Positions 25,546 to 34,357 of a stretch of DNA of 64,000 nt are shown here, one piece after another. This DNA comes from Candidatus Pacearchaeota archaeon (GTDB lineage: Archaea; Nanobdellota; Nanobdellia; Pacearchaeales; GW2011-AR1). Positions within the stretch are counted from its first letter, which is position 1. Each line of letters begins with the position of its first letter. The notes under the pieces were generated by a model, which saw nothing but the letters and a program-made list of their open reading frames with translations, ran no database searches and had not been told where the DNA came from. Location of the stretch: NCBI GenBank assembly GCA_016866955.1, contig VGKT01000001.1:2556-66555 (forward strand), written 5' to 3'. Position numbers and translations under genes: made by a program.

Positions 25546-25629
25546 TGCGGGTGCTAGGAATCGAACCTAGGCAAGCACTAAGCTACTGCCACCTCAAGGC
25601 AGCCCGTTTGACCGCTCCGGCACACCCGC
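25546..25629 (-). tRNA. tRNA-Leu (anticodon GAG)
   Basis: Hand fold: GCGGGTG acceptor, CTGCC-TTGAGGT-GGCAG, long variable arm TAGCTTAGTGCTTGC, CTAGG-TTCGATT-CCTAG, CACCCGC-A. Confidence 0.85.
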
Positions 25630-25683
25630 TACGCGAGTGTTGATAGATAGAGTGTTATAAATCTTCGGGTAATACAGAAAACC

Positions 25684-26379
25684 TTACTTGAACGCTTTGA
25701 CAACTTCGTCGAGGTTATCGGAAAGCGATGCAATCGCTTTCTTGAGAATATCTGATGCAGACATATTACCATAGCTTTCTACAATGAAAAGCATTTCATC
25801 ACTGTCAGAGATTGCTTTGTCATCAATAACGTTGATTGCATGTTGTGTTGCTTCATTGAGATCGCACAACCAGGTACTTCCGGTTTTTTCTGCTTTCATA
25901 AGACCAGCTGATTTTTGAATGATAGCGTCAATTTGTGCATTGCCTTTTACTTTCAAAATATGGCGATAATATGCAAGTCCCGGAGTGTATTTTGCATGAT
26001 CAATGCCTTTACCCAAGATTGCAGTTGCAACAAGTTCAAGTTTATGTCCTTCTTTCAAAATAGTAAGAGGAATGTTATCATGTACAACTTCAGCATTACC
26101 TTCAAGATCTCCTGAGTATACGGTACCTGGGCCCGTTTTGGAAAGTTTCAATTCAATTTTTGTTTTTTCATTCATTTTTCCTTCTGTTTTCAAAGGAACA
26201 AGACCAAGACGATGAGCAACCATTTCATCATAGAGTGCTGAGTCATTTTTGTATAATTCAACTTCATCAATTGCTAACGTAGGGACTTCTGCAACGCTTC
26301 GACGTAAAGCATTTGCAAGAGATTCATGTGCAGGCATACGAATGACTACTTTATCTGAAGACTTAGAAACGACGGCCAT
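25684..26379 (-). CDS. rpoD: DNA-directed RNA polymerase subunit D (Rpo3)
   Basis: SLANALRRSVAEVPTLAIDEVELYKNDSALYDEMVAHRLGLVPLK. Confidence 0.9.
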   Translation of the reverse strand: MAVVSKSSDKVVIRMPAHESLANALRRSVAEVPTLAIDEVELYKNDSALYDEMVAHRLGLVPLKTEGKMNEKTKIELKLSKTGPGTVYSGDLEGNAEVVHDNIPLTILKEGHKLELVATAILGKGIDHAKYTPGLAYYRHILKVKGNAQIDAIIQKSAGLMKAEKTGSTWLCDLNEATQHAINVIDDKAISDSDEMLFIVESYGNMSASDILKKAIASLSDNLDEVVKAFK

Positions 26380-26410
26380 GAAAGTAAGGGGAAGAGTGAG
26401 CTTTTAAAGC

Positions 26411-26908
26411 TTATACTCTGCGTCCGCGCTTACCTCCTTTCTTCTTCGGTCCACCGCGTGCAACACGAGAGGTATCTACAATATTGAGAATCTTGAATCC
26501 TTCTTTATCAAAGCTTTTGACTGCAGCATGAGCGCCTGGACCAATTCCTCGTTCACTTCCGGTTCGTGCGCGCATACGAACATAGAGTGCAGTAAAGCCA
26601 AGATCTTTTGCACGTTCAGCAGCTTTTTTTGCAACGAACATAGCAATCGTAGGATCTGCCTTCAAACGAGAGTGTTTGGTGACCATTCCGCCTGTAATAC
26701 GAGAGATGGTATTGCCTGCAAGGTCAGTCATATGAATCATAGTGTTGTTCTTTGAGGTATTGATGTACACAATACCTGTGCGCTCTTCTTTCGCAGGTTT
26801 TGCTCCTACAACTGGAGCATGAGTAGGAGTAACGGGTGCTTGTTCGGTGCTTGGAGTAGCTTCTACAACAGGAGTTTCAGTTGTTTCAGTTTTCTTTTTG
26901 GCAGCCAT
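26411..26908 (-). CDS. rps11: 30S ribosomal protein S11 (uS11) with an A/P/T/E-rich N-terminal extension
   Basis: GIVYINTSKNNTMIHMTDLAGNTISRITGGMV...GPGAHAAVK core, preceded by about 45 low-complexity residues. Confidence 0.9.
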   Translation of the reverse strand: MAAKKKTETTETPVVEATPSTEQAPVTPTHAPVVGAKPAKEERTGIVYINTSKNNTMIHMTDLAGNTISRITGGMVTKHSRLKADPTIAMFVAKKAAERAKDLGFTALYVRMRARTGSERGIGPGAHAAVKSFDKEGFKILNIVDTSRVARGGPKKKGGKRGRRV

Positions 26909-27390
26909 TATGCACTGTCCTCCATCTTTTGAGCAGGTTTGGTAAAGGTAAGCGTTACGGTAATTGCTTGTTCTTCGTTTACCGGTACTAAGTACCCTGG
27001 TTTGTTAATAACAGCACCATTGATGAATACTTTACGATGAGTAACCATTTGACGTGCTTGACGAACAGTTTGAGCTTTATTTTGTTTGAACAAAATAGTA
27101 GGTAATCGACGATTGAGAATATCTTCTACTTGTAGTGCTAATACATCAGAGGTTGCTTTCACATTCAAACCAAGTCCTCTTAATTTACCAAAGAGTACTT
27201 CTTGTTCTTCTTTAGATGCTTTTGCAAGTGCTTTTGCACGATCTCGGTAATAAGCAATTTTTGCTTTTGCTTTCCAAATTTCTCTTTTATTCTTCAAACC
27301 GAATCGTTCAACCAATTTATTTTCTTCAGCAATACGCGATTTTTCGTATGCTTTCTTTGGTCTGCTGAATGACTTATGTTTACGAATCAT
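26908..27390 (-). CDS. rps4: 30S ribosomal protein S4 (uS4)
   Basis: Conserved position. RLPTILFK...ARQMVTHRKVFINGAVINKPGYLV is the S4 domain. Confidence 0.9.
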   Translation of the reverse strand: MIRKHKSFSRPKKAYEKSRIAEENKLVERFGLKNKREIWKAKAKIAYYRDRAKALAKASKEEQEVLFGKLRGLGLNVKATSDVLALQVEDILNRRLPTILFKQNKAQTVRQARQMVTHRKVFINGAVINKPGYLVPVNEEQAITVTLTFTKPAQKMEDSA

Positions 27391-27920
27391 TAGGCACTAC
27401 CTCCCTTTTTCTTCTTCATGCCTGCAGCCATACTCTTCTTTCTGAAGTGTGAACGAGTACGCTGACCACGAACTGGTTGTTTTGCTGCATGACGTGCACC
27501 ACGATAGGCTTTCATTTCTTTCAAGCGCTTAATATCAAAATCACGTTTCATTTCAAGGTCAGTACCAAGGAAATGTCCAGATTCTCCTGTTTCAGGATCA
27601 GTTGGGCGATTACGCATGAAACTAGGAAGTTCCATATGAGGAATGTATTCTTCAATTTTCTTAATTTCATCTTTTGTTAATTCTTGAATTTTCTTCATAC
27701 GATTTAACTTTAATTTGAGACAAATAACGTTGGTAACTGCCCAGGAAATACCCTTAATGCGTGTTAAACCCACATAGAGTGGACGAGAACCTGCAATATC
27801 ATAGCCCATAATACGTACTAATGTTTCAGAACGATCTTCATCACCTGGACGTCTTCCGATTGGTTTAGACGGTGTGGCTTTCTCTGGCGCCTTCTCTTTG
27901 ACGGTTTTTTCTGTTGCCAT
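27390..27920 (-). CDS. rps13: 30S ribosomal protein S13 (uS13) with a K/E/P-rich N-terminal extension
   Basis: LVRIMGYDIAGSRPLYVGLTRIKGI...YRGARHAAKQPVRGQRT. Confidence 0.9.
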   Translation of the reverse strand: MATEKTVKEKAPEKATPSKPIGRRPGDEDRSETLVRIMGYDIAGSRPLYVGLTRIKGISWAVTNVICLKLKLNRMKKIQELTKDEIKKIEEYIPHMELPSFMRNRPTDPETGESGHFLGTDLEMKRDFDIKRLKEMKAYRGARHAAKQPVRGQRTRSHFRKKSMAAGMKKKKGGSA

Positions 27921-27922
27921 TG

Positions 27923-28462
27923 TTAGTGTACAAATAAATTGAATCGTTGTCTTTCGGACAATTCTTCAATCAAGCGTTTTTCAATCGCTTTCTTTGGGTC
28001 TGGAATGTTTTTCATTCTGGCTCGCATGTCTTCAAACGATTCGAAGGGTTTCTTCTCTCGTTCGGCTAACACTTCAGCCATATGCTTCTTACCGAAGCCA
28101 GGTATAAGTTCTAATTGATGAAGACGGGTGTTAATTGCTGGTGCAGAATTAAAGAAATCGATGAATTTCTTCTCCTGCTCCGCAACTACCGTTTCAATGA
28201 ACTCTTGTAGCTGGATCTTTGCAGACTCAGTCAACTTCTCTCGTGGCAATCTGCCTGAGATGAAGTATATCTTATCTCGCTTATCGGGACCTATATAAAC
28301 CTTTTCTTTAATCTCAAGTGTAACTCCGCGTCGAGGAACTAATTCTAAGATAGCAAGTGTTTTTACTCCAATTGCTTGTGCAACAGGTTGACCACGACCA
28401 CCAATGGGATACCCATACGGTAAATAATCTAAGATGAGTGCATATTCTTCTTTTTCGCCCAT
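27923..28462 (-). CDS. DUF655/COG1491-type OB-fold + helix-hairpin-helix nucleic-acid-binding protein
   Basis: EEYALILDYLPYGYP...LELIPGFGKKHMAEVLAEREKKPFESFED. Confidence 0.75.
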   Translation of the reverse strand: MGEKEEYALILDYLPYGYPIGGRGQPVAQAIGVKTLAILELVPRRGVTLEIKEKVYIGPDKRDKIYFISGRLPREKLTESAKIQLQEFIETVVAEQEKKFIDFFNSAPAINTRLHQLELIPGFGKKHMAEVLAEREKKPFESFEDMRARMKNIPDPKKAIEKRLIEELSERQRFNLFVH

Positions 28463-28466
28463 AGTC

Positions 28467-28760
28467 TTACTTTAACGCTCCAAGAATTGCTTGCGATTCC
28501 TCTTCGGAAAGACTTGCTTCGTGACATACCTTGTTTACCCCTTCAGTATCTTGAGGAAGGAAATCAATTAATTTGATAATATCTTGTTCTTTCAATTTGA
28601 TATTGTTTAATGCGATGAGTTTTTCTTTAACCGCTTTTGCTTCTTTTGCATTGAGTTTGCTAAATGCTTTGATATATGCATATACTGGTCGTTCTTTATC
28701 TTCATCAGATAAATATGCTTTTACTTCGCCAAGCGTTAAAGGAGATCTATCGATAATCAT
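28467..28760 (-). CDS. rpoF: RNA polymerase subunit F (Rpo4)-like
   Basis: LTLGEVKAYLSD...FSKLNAKEAKAVKEKL...KLIDFLPQD parallels archaeal RpoF. Conserved L21e-RpoF-DUF655 neighbourhood. Confidence 0.7.
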   Translation of the reverse strand: MIIDRSPLTLGEVKAYLSDEDKERPVYAYIKAFSKLNAKEAKAVKEKLIALNNIKLKEQDIIKLIDFLPQDTEGVNKVCHEASLSEEESQAILGALK

Positions 28761-29011
28761 TGAGACACCTTGTGTAAATGAACTGGATGTATCATATATC
28801 TTTTTGGTCTTCCTAAGTCTTTTACTTCAACTTCGTATGCTTCACCACGTTTAGCGATTACTTTGCCTGTTCTTCCTTGCATACGTGAAGAATATTTGAA
28901 TGGAACGCTGTGTTCTTTTACAACAGCAATAGTATCTCCTTCTTTAAGTTCTTTGAAATAAGCACTGAAGGAAATCTTGCCACGTTTACGAGGATTTTTA
29001 TGTTTGAGCAT
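28757..29011 (-). CDS. rpl21e: 50S ribosomal protein L21e
   Basis: FKELKEGDTIAVVKEHSVPFKYSSRMQGRTGKV. Confidence 0.9.
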   Translation of the reverse strand: MLKHKNPRKRGKISFSAYFKELKEGDTIAVVKEHSVPFKYSSRMQGRTGKVIAKRGEAYEVEVKDLGRPKRYMIHPVHLHKVSQ

Positions 29012-29060
29012 AGGAGAGGTTATTACGGCTGGTTTTTAAAGGTTTGTGAGGGAAAGAAGA

Positions 29061-29252
29061 TTATGCCCGTCGAGCAGAAGGTTCACTCACTGAACCTTGA
29101 AATAAGTCGCCTGCAGCACGAGATTTTTCCATGCTCTCTACAATCGTATTAAACATCTTCTCGCCCCATACTCCAATACCGCAGCGTTTACAAAAATCAA
29201 TGACTGATTCTTCGGAAACGTCTGTTTTACAGTAAATACATTTTTTTGCCAT
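29061..29252 (-). CDS. small zinc-ribbon protein (CxxC...CxxC)
   Basis: MAKKCIYCKTDVSEESVIDFCKRCG. Start trimmed to ATG 29252. Confidence 0.5.
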   Translation of the reverse strand: MAKKCIYCKTDVSEESVIDFCKRCGIGVWGEKMFNTIVESMEKSRAAGDLFQGSVSEPSARRA

Positions 29253-29370
29253 ACATGCCTCTTTGAATATAATCAATTTTTTCTGGAACTTTATAAAGAT
29301 TCGTGTGATTGTTTCAATATGTTTTTCCTCATGCAGAAACCTTATATACTCTTTAAGGAGAATACTTTTC

Positions 29371-30045
29371 ATGGATGAAAATCATACAGTGAGTGTTTCT
29401 AAAGAGTCTATGTGGAAATACACCACGATGGTGCTTGGAGCAATTGTTTTGATTGGTGCATTGTATGTTATGGTTGGAGGAAGCAGTACAGGGAATACGA
29501 TTGCAGGAAGCGCCGTGGGCGTTATTGATAATGATGATTTAACTGATGATGATGCAGTGAAGGGAGATGAAGATGCCCCCGTTACGATTGTTGAATTTTC
29601 TGATTATGAATGTCCTTTCTGTGGTCGATGGTTCTTGCAAACCTATCCTCAACTAAAGAAAGAGTATATTGACACGGGTAAAGTAAAGATGGTCTTTCGT
29701 GATTTCCCTTTGAGTTTCCATAAAAATGCACAAATGGCAAGTGAAGCTGCAGAATGTGTTCGCGATAAGGGCGGAGATACAGCATATTGGGCATTCCATG
29801 ATATCTTGTTCACTAAACAAGCACAATTGAGTGAAGCAAATGTCAAAACCTGGGCGAAAGAACAAGGGTACGATGTTACTGATTGTTTAGCAAAGGGTAC
29901 TTTTAGAAAAGAAGTCCTTGCTGATCTTGCTGATGGTCAAGCAGCAGGTGTCCAAGGAACTCCTGCATTCTTTATTAACGGTAAACTCATCTCTGGAGCA
30001 CAACCATTTGCAGTCTTTAAGCAAGCGATTGATGCCGCTTTGTAA
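29371..30045 (+). CDS. DsbA-like thiol:disulfide oxidoreductase, membrane-anchored
   Basis: N-terminal TM (MVLGAIVLIGALYVMV). FSDYECPFCGRW has the CxxC. GTPAFFINGK. Start trimmed to ATG 29371. Confidence 0.8.
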   Translation: MDENHTVSVSKESMWKYTTMVLGAIVLIGALYVMVGGSSTGNTIAGSAVGVIDNDDLTDDDAVKGDEDAPVTIVEFSDYECPFCGRWFLQTYPQLKKEYIDTGKVKMVFRDFPLSFHKNAQMASEAAECVRDKGGDTAYWAFHDILFTKQAQLSEANVKTWAKEQGYDVTDCLAKGTFRKEVLADLADGQAAGVQGTPAFFINGKLISGAQPFAVFKQAIDAAL

Positions 30046-30711
30046 ATCTAGGAAGTAATTTTACACCTCTTTAAGAGCAAGATGATCTTTTTTTGGATAG
30101 AGCAGTATGCCCAGAAAAATGAGCCCAATAAACGCGAGCAAGGGTATAAATGAAAGAGCCGTTTGCACTTGTTTTGATGCAATAACGTTTCCAGTTATGC
30201 CTGCAGTCAATGCAACCTTTCGAAGTCGTGTTCTCTTTGGTTTCTGTTTTTTGAGGCACAGAGGTTACTTTTCCAAACATTCTTCTTTTCCAGAAGACAT
30301 ATTTTTCTTTCCAGGTTTGTTTTCGAGGATGAGCTTCTGTTCCTTCAGACAATGAAGGTCTCTCGTGTTCCATCTCCTCTAATCTCTTTTGTAATGAATC
30401 ACCCACCCCCTCTTAAAGTACCTCCCCATTAAAAATACTCTGTTTTCTTTCTTCCAGAATAGGTAAAAAGTATAACCAAGGATTTAGGAGTTATACTTCT
30501 TGCAGTTAATCTCGCTACCTCAGAGATTACCAAATAACCTATAAGCACTAAATGATTCACGATCGTTAGATAACCCTCCCTCTAATGATTAAACTTAACT
30601 TCTTATCAGGCATTGAATTATCTAACATTAAAAGTATACATTACCTTCTTTAGGTCACCAAACTTTGTAAAATTCATAACCCTTAAATAAGAATATCTTC
30701 TTTTTTAAGAT

Positions 30712-31071
30712 ATGAGGGTCTCAAAAAATTATTTGTATTGGGGGGTTATTGTACTCTGTTTACTGACAGGATATTTTCTTTTCTTTTCTGATCCCGTACT
30801 TGTTTCAGGAGAAACACAAAATCTCACGTTGAGTTTACAACAAGGCAATTATTATCCTGAAACTATTTCGGTACAAGTCGGCGTACCCGTTGCACTTACC
30901 CTCGATGCAAGTGTCAAAGGATGTTTTCGTTCTTTTTCTATTCCTGCATTACAAATAATTGGTTATTCTCGTTCTCCTGCTGAACCAATTGTATTTACTC
31001 CAACTAAAAAAGGAACATATGAATTTCGATGTACAATGGGTATGGGAACAGGAACACTTATCGTAAAATGA
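30712..31071 (+). CDS. cupredoxin-like small secreted protein
   Basis: N-terminal TM. PETISVQVGVPVALTL...GTYEFRCTMGMGTGTLIV is a Cupredoxin_1-like ending. ATGA overlap with the downstream oxidase. Confidence 0.65.
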   Translation: MRVSKNYLYWGVIVLCLLTGYFLFFSDPVLVSGETQNLTLSLQQGNYYPETISVQVGVPVALTLDASVKGCFRSFSIPALQIIGYSRSPAEPIVFTPTKKGTYEFRCTMGMGTGTLIVK

Positions 31072-32567
31072 AATCGATTCGTTTTCTGATATTTCTTTTC
31101 TGTGCACTCGCTCTTTTGTTATTGCTAGACGTTCCCCCTTCAGAATCTTCGCGTACTTTTTTTTCTATTCCTTTTAACGAACAAACAACCCTCCCTTCTC
31201 AAGCAATTATACTTTCTGATGAACCCTATACCTTAGAAGTTGTTCCTCGTACTCACTCTTTCAATGGAACTGTCGTCCCTCTTTGGACCTATAATGGGCA
31301 ACTTCCCGGTCCTCGTTTGCAAGTACAACAAGGAGCGAACCACACAATTATTGTTCGCAATACTATGCCTTATGAAACTACCGTGCATTGGCATGGCCTT
31401 CGTTTAAACCATTCATTTGACGGTGTTCCGGATGTTACACAAAAACCTATTCGTTCTGGAGAATCATTTACCTATGAACTTACGTTTCCTGATGCTGGAA
31501 TCTTTTGGTATCACCCCCATATACGTGAAGATTATCAACAAGAATCTGGATTATATGGTATGATTGAGGTTCGAAGTCCTGATGCACCTTTGTATCAACC
31601 AGTGGTACTTGATGATATTGCTCTTGATGTGAACGGAACGGTTCCTTTCTATCAAGAAGTTATCACCCATGCAATTATGGGTCGTTATGGTACTCAGTAC
31701 CTCATTAACGGACAAGAAAAACTCAACCTATCCCATACTACCTCTCAGCCATTATATCTTGCATTTCTTAATGTGGCAAATGTGCGACCGTTTCGTATAA
31801 CCATTCCTGGGGCCAAGATGACTTTGTTGGAAGGAGACATTGGTCCCTTAGAACAGGTACAACCAGTTGACTCGTTCGTACTTGCTCCCGCTGAACGAAC
31901 AGTTATCAGTGTTGCGTTTCCTTCTCCTGGAAATTACACTGTCTTTAATGATAATCCTTTACAACGAACTGCATTGGGAACACTCACCGTTACACAAAAA
32001 ACTTCTCAACAGGCCATGCAAGAACAAAGTACCTCTGGACTTTCTGCTCTTGCTTCTCGTTATCTCTCTTCCCCCCCCAATCATACGCTCAATTTAGGAT
32101 TGGAACTTGAAGGAATGGGACACCTGGACATGATGCATAGTGACGAGAACATTGAGTGGGAAGATACCATGCCTGGTATGGCTCATATTACTAATAAAAC
32201 AGTGCGCTGGACCATTACAGATGCGCAAACAAAAAAGCAAAATATGGGGCTTCACTATCGTTGGCCTTTGGGAAGTTATCAAAAAATAAGACTTGTCAAT
32301 AGCCTCGAATCTCCGCACCCTATGCAACATCCAATTCATTTCCATGGACAACGGTTCTTGGTTTTGTCTACTAATGGCATCCCTACTGAAACACTTGGAT
32401 GGAAAGATACAGTACTTGTACGTATGGGTGATACTGTTGATATTTTATTGGAAGTAAGTAATCCTGGAGCATGGATGATACATTGTCATATCCCTGAACA
32501 TTTACAAAGTGGTATGATGGCTTCGTTTAGTGCAGGAACAAATACTAAAAAAGAAATGAATCATTAA
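31068..32567 (+). CDS. multicopper oxidase
   Basis: HWHG, WYHPH, HPIHFHG and HCHIPEHLQSGM copper-ligand motifs. Signal-like MKSIRFLIFLFCALALLLLL. Start trimmed to ATG 31068. Confidence 0.9.
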   Translation: MKSIRFLIFLFCALALLLLLDVPPSESSRTFFSIPFNEQTTLPSQAIILSDEPYTLEVVPRTHSFNGTVVPLWTYNGQLPGPRLQVQQGANHTIIVRNTMPYETTVHWHGLRLNHSFDGVPDVTQKPIRSGESFTYELTFPDAGIFWYHPHIREDYQQESGLYGMIEVRSPDAPLYQPVVLDDIALDVNGTVPFYQEVITHAIMGRYGTQYLINGQEKLNLSHTTSQPLYLAFLNVANVRPFRITIPGAKMTLLEGDIGPLEQVQPVDSFVLAPAERTVISVAFPSPGNYTVFNDNPLQRTALGTLTVTQKTSQQAMQEQSTSGLSALASRYLSSPPNHTLNLGLELEGMGHLDMMHSDENIEWEDTMPGMAHITNKTVRWTITDAQTKKQNMGLHYRWPLGSYQKIRLVNSLESPHPMQHPIHFHGQRFLVLSTNGIPTETLGWKDTVLVRMGDTVDILLEVSNPGAWMIHCHIPEHLQSGMMASFSAGTNTKKEMNH

Positions 32568-33077
32568 CTATCTTCTTCGTGCTTTTCCTTGGTTTGCCAA
32601 AGATTCTTCTAACGTTTCATGCATTCGTGCAAGGTCTACACCGAATACGCTATAATGCATTTGATCTTTAAAGAGGCAGGTTTGAATTGCACCAATTCTC
32701 CAAAGTGTACGTATCCCAATATCTTCTAAGACTACTCGCTCCCCGCTTATGCGATCCCTATCGTACGTGCTCCCCGCAAGTAAGTTGTAATCTTTCCATA
32801 TATAAGCAAGAGTTGTTAAAAAATCACGGTTGGTCACGCGTGCTGGTTGGACAATAAATGGAGCTTCTGGAGGGAGCGCAAGTGCTTGAGCAAGATACCC
32901 TAGTGACTCATGTGCCCTGAGAAAATGAGACTTATCTTTTTCTTGCGTAGACAATTGTAACGGTGCAAAACCTTTTGCAAGCATACGAAGTGCAGTTTCC
33001 ACTGAGTCTAGATTATAGGGCTTATCTTGCGAAAGATGTGCCACAGCTTCTATACCCCGGGCAATTGTAATTCCCAT
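32568..33077 (-). CDS. hypothetical protein (last gene of the ABC operon)
   Basis: 169-aa ORF, 62 nt downstream of the second permease; no family recognised. Confidence 0.5.
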   Translation of the reverse strand: MGITIARGIEAVAHLSQDKPYNLDSVETALRMLAKGFAPLQLSTQEKDKSHFLRAHESLGYLAQALALPPEAPFIVQPARVTNRDFLTTLAYIWKDYNLLAGSTYDRDRISGERVVLEDIGIRTLWRIGAIQTCLFKDQMHYSVFGVDLARMHETLEESLANQGKARRR

Positions 33078-33139
33078 TATTATGTATCTCTTTTTTCTTT
33101 TAAATGGATTGTGGGGATGAAAAAAGAATGTATTCGTTA

Positions 33140-34357
33140 CTACTCATATCTAAGGGCATCTACCGTATTGAGTTTACTCGCACGATAGGCAGGTAATGCT
33201 CCGGCAAGTACACCAATGAAAATTGCAAATCCTGCACAGCTCAAGAAAAGAGAAAGGGGGAATGCTGCCTGTACCAATGAAATAGCAAAGACGTTTGTCG
33301 CAACATATTCCAAACTATATGCGCCCGATGCTCCGATCAGAATGCCTGCACTTCCTCCAATAAGCCCCAACATACTTGCTTCGAGAATAAAAAGACTCAA
33401 GATTTCAGCATTGTGCGCACCAAGTGCTTTCATGGTACCAATTTCTTTCGTTCGTTCAAGAACTGAAGCGTACATCGTGTTTGCGATACCAATTGCTCCG
33501 ACTACTACGGAAATGGTGGCGATGGCAACAAGAAATACGGTAAGTACTCCTAACACCGAACCAAACGTACCAAGCAATTCTTCAGGAGTGATAATAGTAA
33601 AGTCTTGTGTCTTTTCAGTAACATCCCTTGCTGAACGTAGTCTGCGTTCAATACGATCTGCAACTTCTTGTATCAGTGTAGAATCTTCTACTTGGACAAT
33701 AATTTCATCGTACGTACCATCATCTCCAAATACTTCTTTGAATATTTCTAAGGGCATGAGGATAATACGATCATCTTGTGGATTACCTTGCGTTTCAGTA
33801 ATGCCTCGTACTTTGAACTCGACAGTGTTGATTTCAAATCTATCTCCCAGCTTTACTGATTTGCTAAATACGGCATTATATTTATATTGTGAGCCGATGA
33901 CGATATCGTACGTATCTCCTTCTTTGAGCTCTCTACCTTCTTCTGGTTTGAACGCGCCGTTTTCACTAAATATCTGGGCACGTTCTTTCTCTAAGGGGAA
34001 TCCTACGACTGTGAAGAAACGTACTTCATCATTAAATTGTATCTTTGCATTTCCTGCTTTAAAATATGAAAGTCCTTTAACCCCGGGTATTTTTTCAAGG
34101 GTAGTAACATCTGCATCTGTTAAGGTTGCTGCTGAATCGGTTCCGGGACCTGCTACTTGTCCTTTAGGGAAAATAAAAAATTTATCAGTACCTAATTTAC
34201 GGAATTGTTCTTCTACTCCTGATTGCAAACCTAATGAAATAGAGACAAGAATGAAGATTGTTGCAACTGCAAGCGTAATCCCGAGTACCGTAAGCAATGA
34301 ACGAACTTTGCGTTTCCAAAGATTGCGTACTGCAAGAGTTATGAATTGGGATTTCAT
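33140..34357 (-). CDS. ABC transporter permease, MacB/LolE-like (FtsX family)
   Basis: N-terminal TM, a roughly 230-aa extracytoplasmic domain, and a C-terminal 3-TM FtsX module (ASVLERTKEIGTMKALGA). Confidence 0.88.
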   Translation of the reverse strand: MKSQFITLAVRNLWKRKVRSLLTVLGITLAVATIFILVSISLGLQSGVEEQFRKLGTDKFFIFPKGQVAGPGTDSAATLTDADVTTLEKIPGVKGLSYFKAGNAKIQFNDEVRFFTVVGFPLEKERAQIFSENGAFKPEEGRELKEGDTYDIVIGSQYKYNAVFSKSVKLGDRFEINTVEFKVRGITETQGNPQDDRIILMPLEIFKEVFGDDGTYDEIIVQVEDSTLIQEVADRIERRLRSARDVTEKTQDFTIITPEELLGTFGSVLGVLTVFLVAIATISVVVGAIGIANTMYASVLERTKEIGTMKALGAHNAEILSLFILEASMLGLIGGSAGILIGASGAYSLEYVATNVFAISLVQAAFPLSLFLSCAGFAIFIGVLAGALPAYRASKLNTVDALRYE

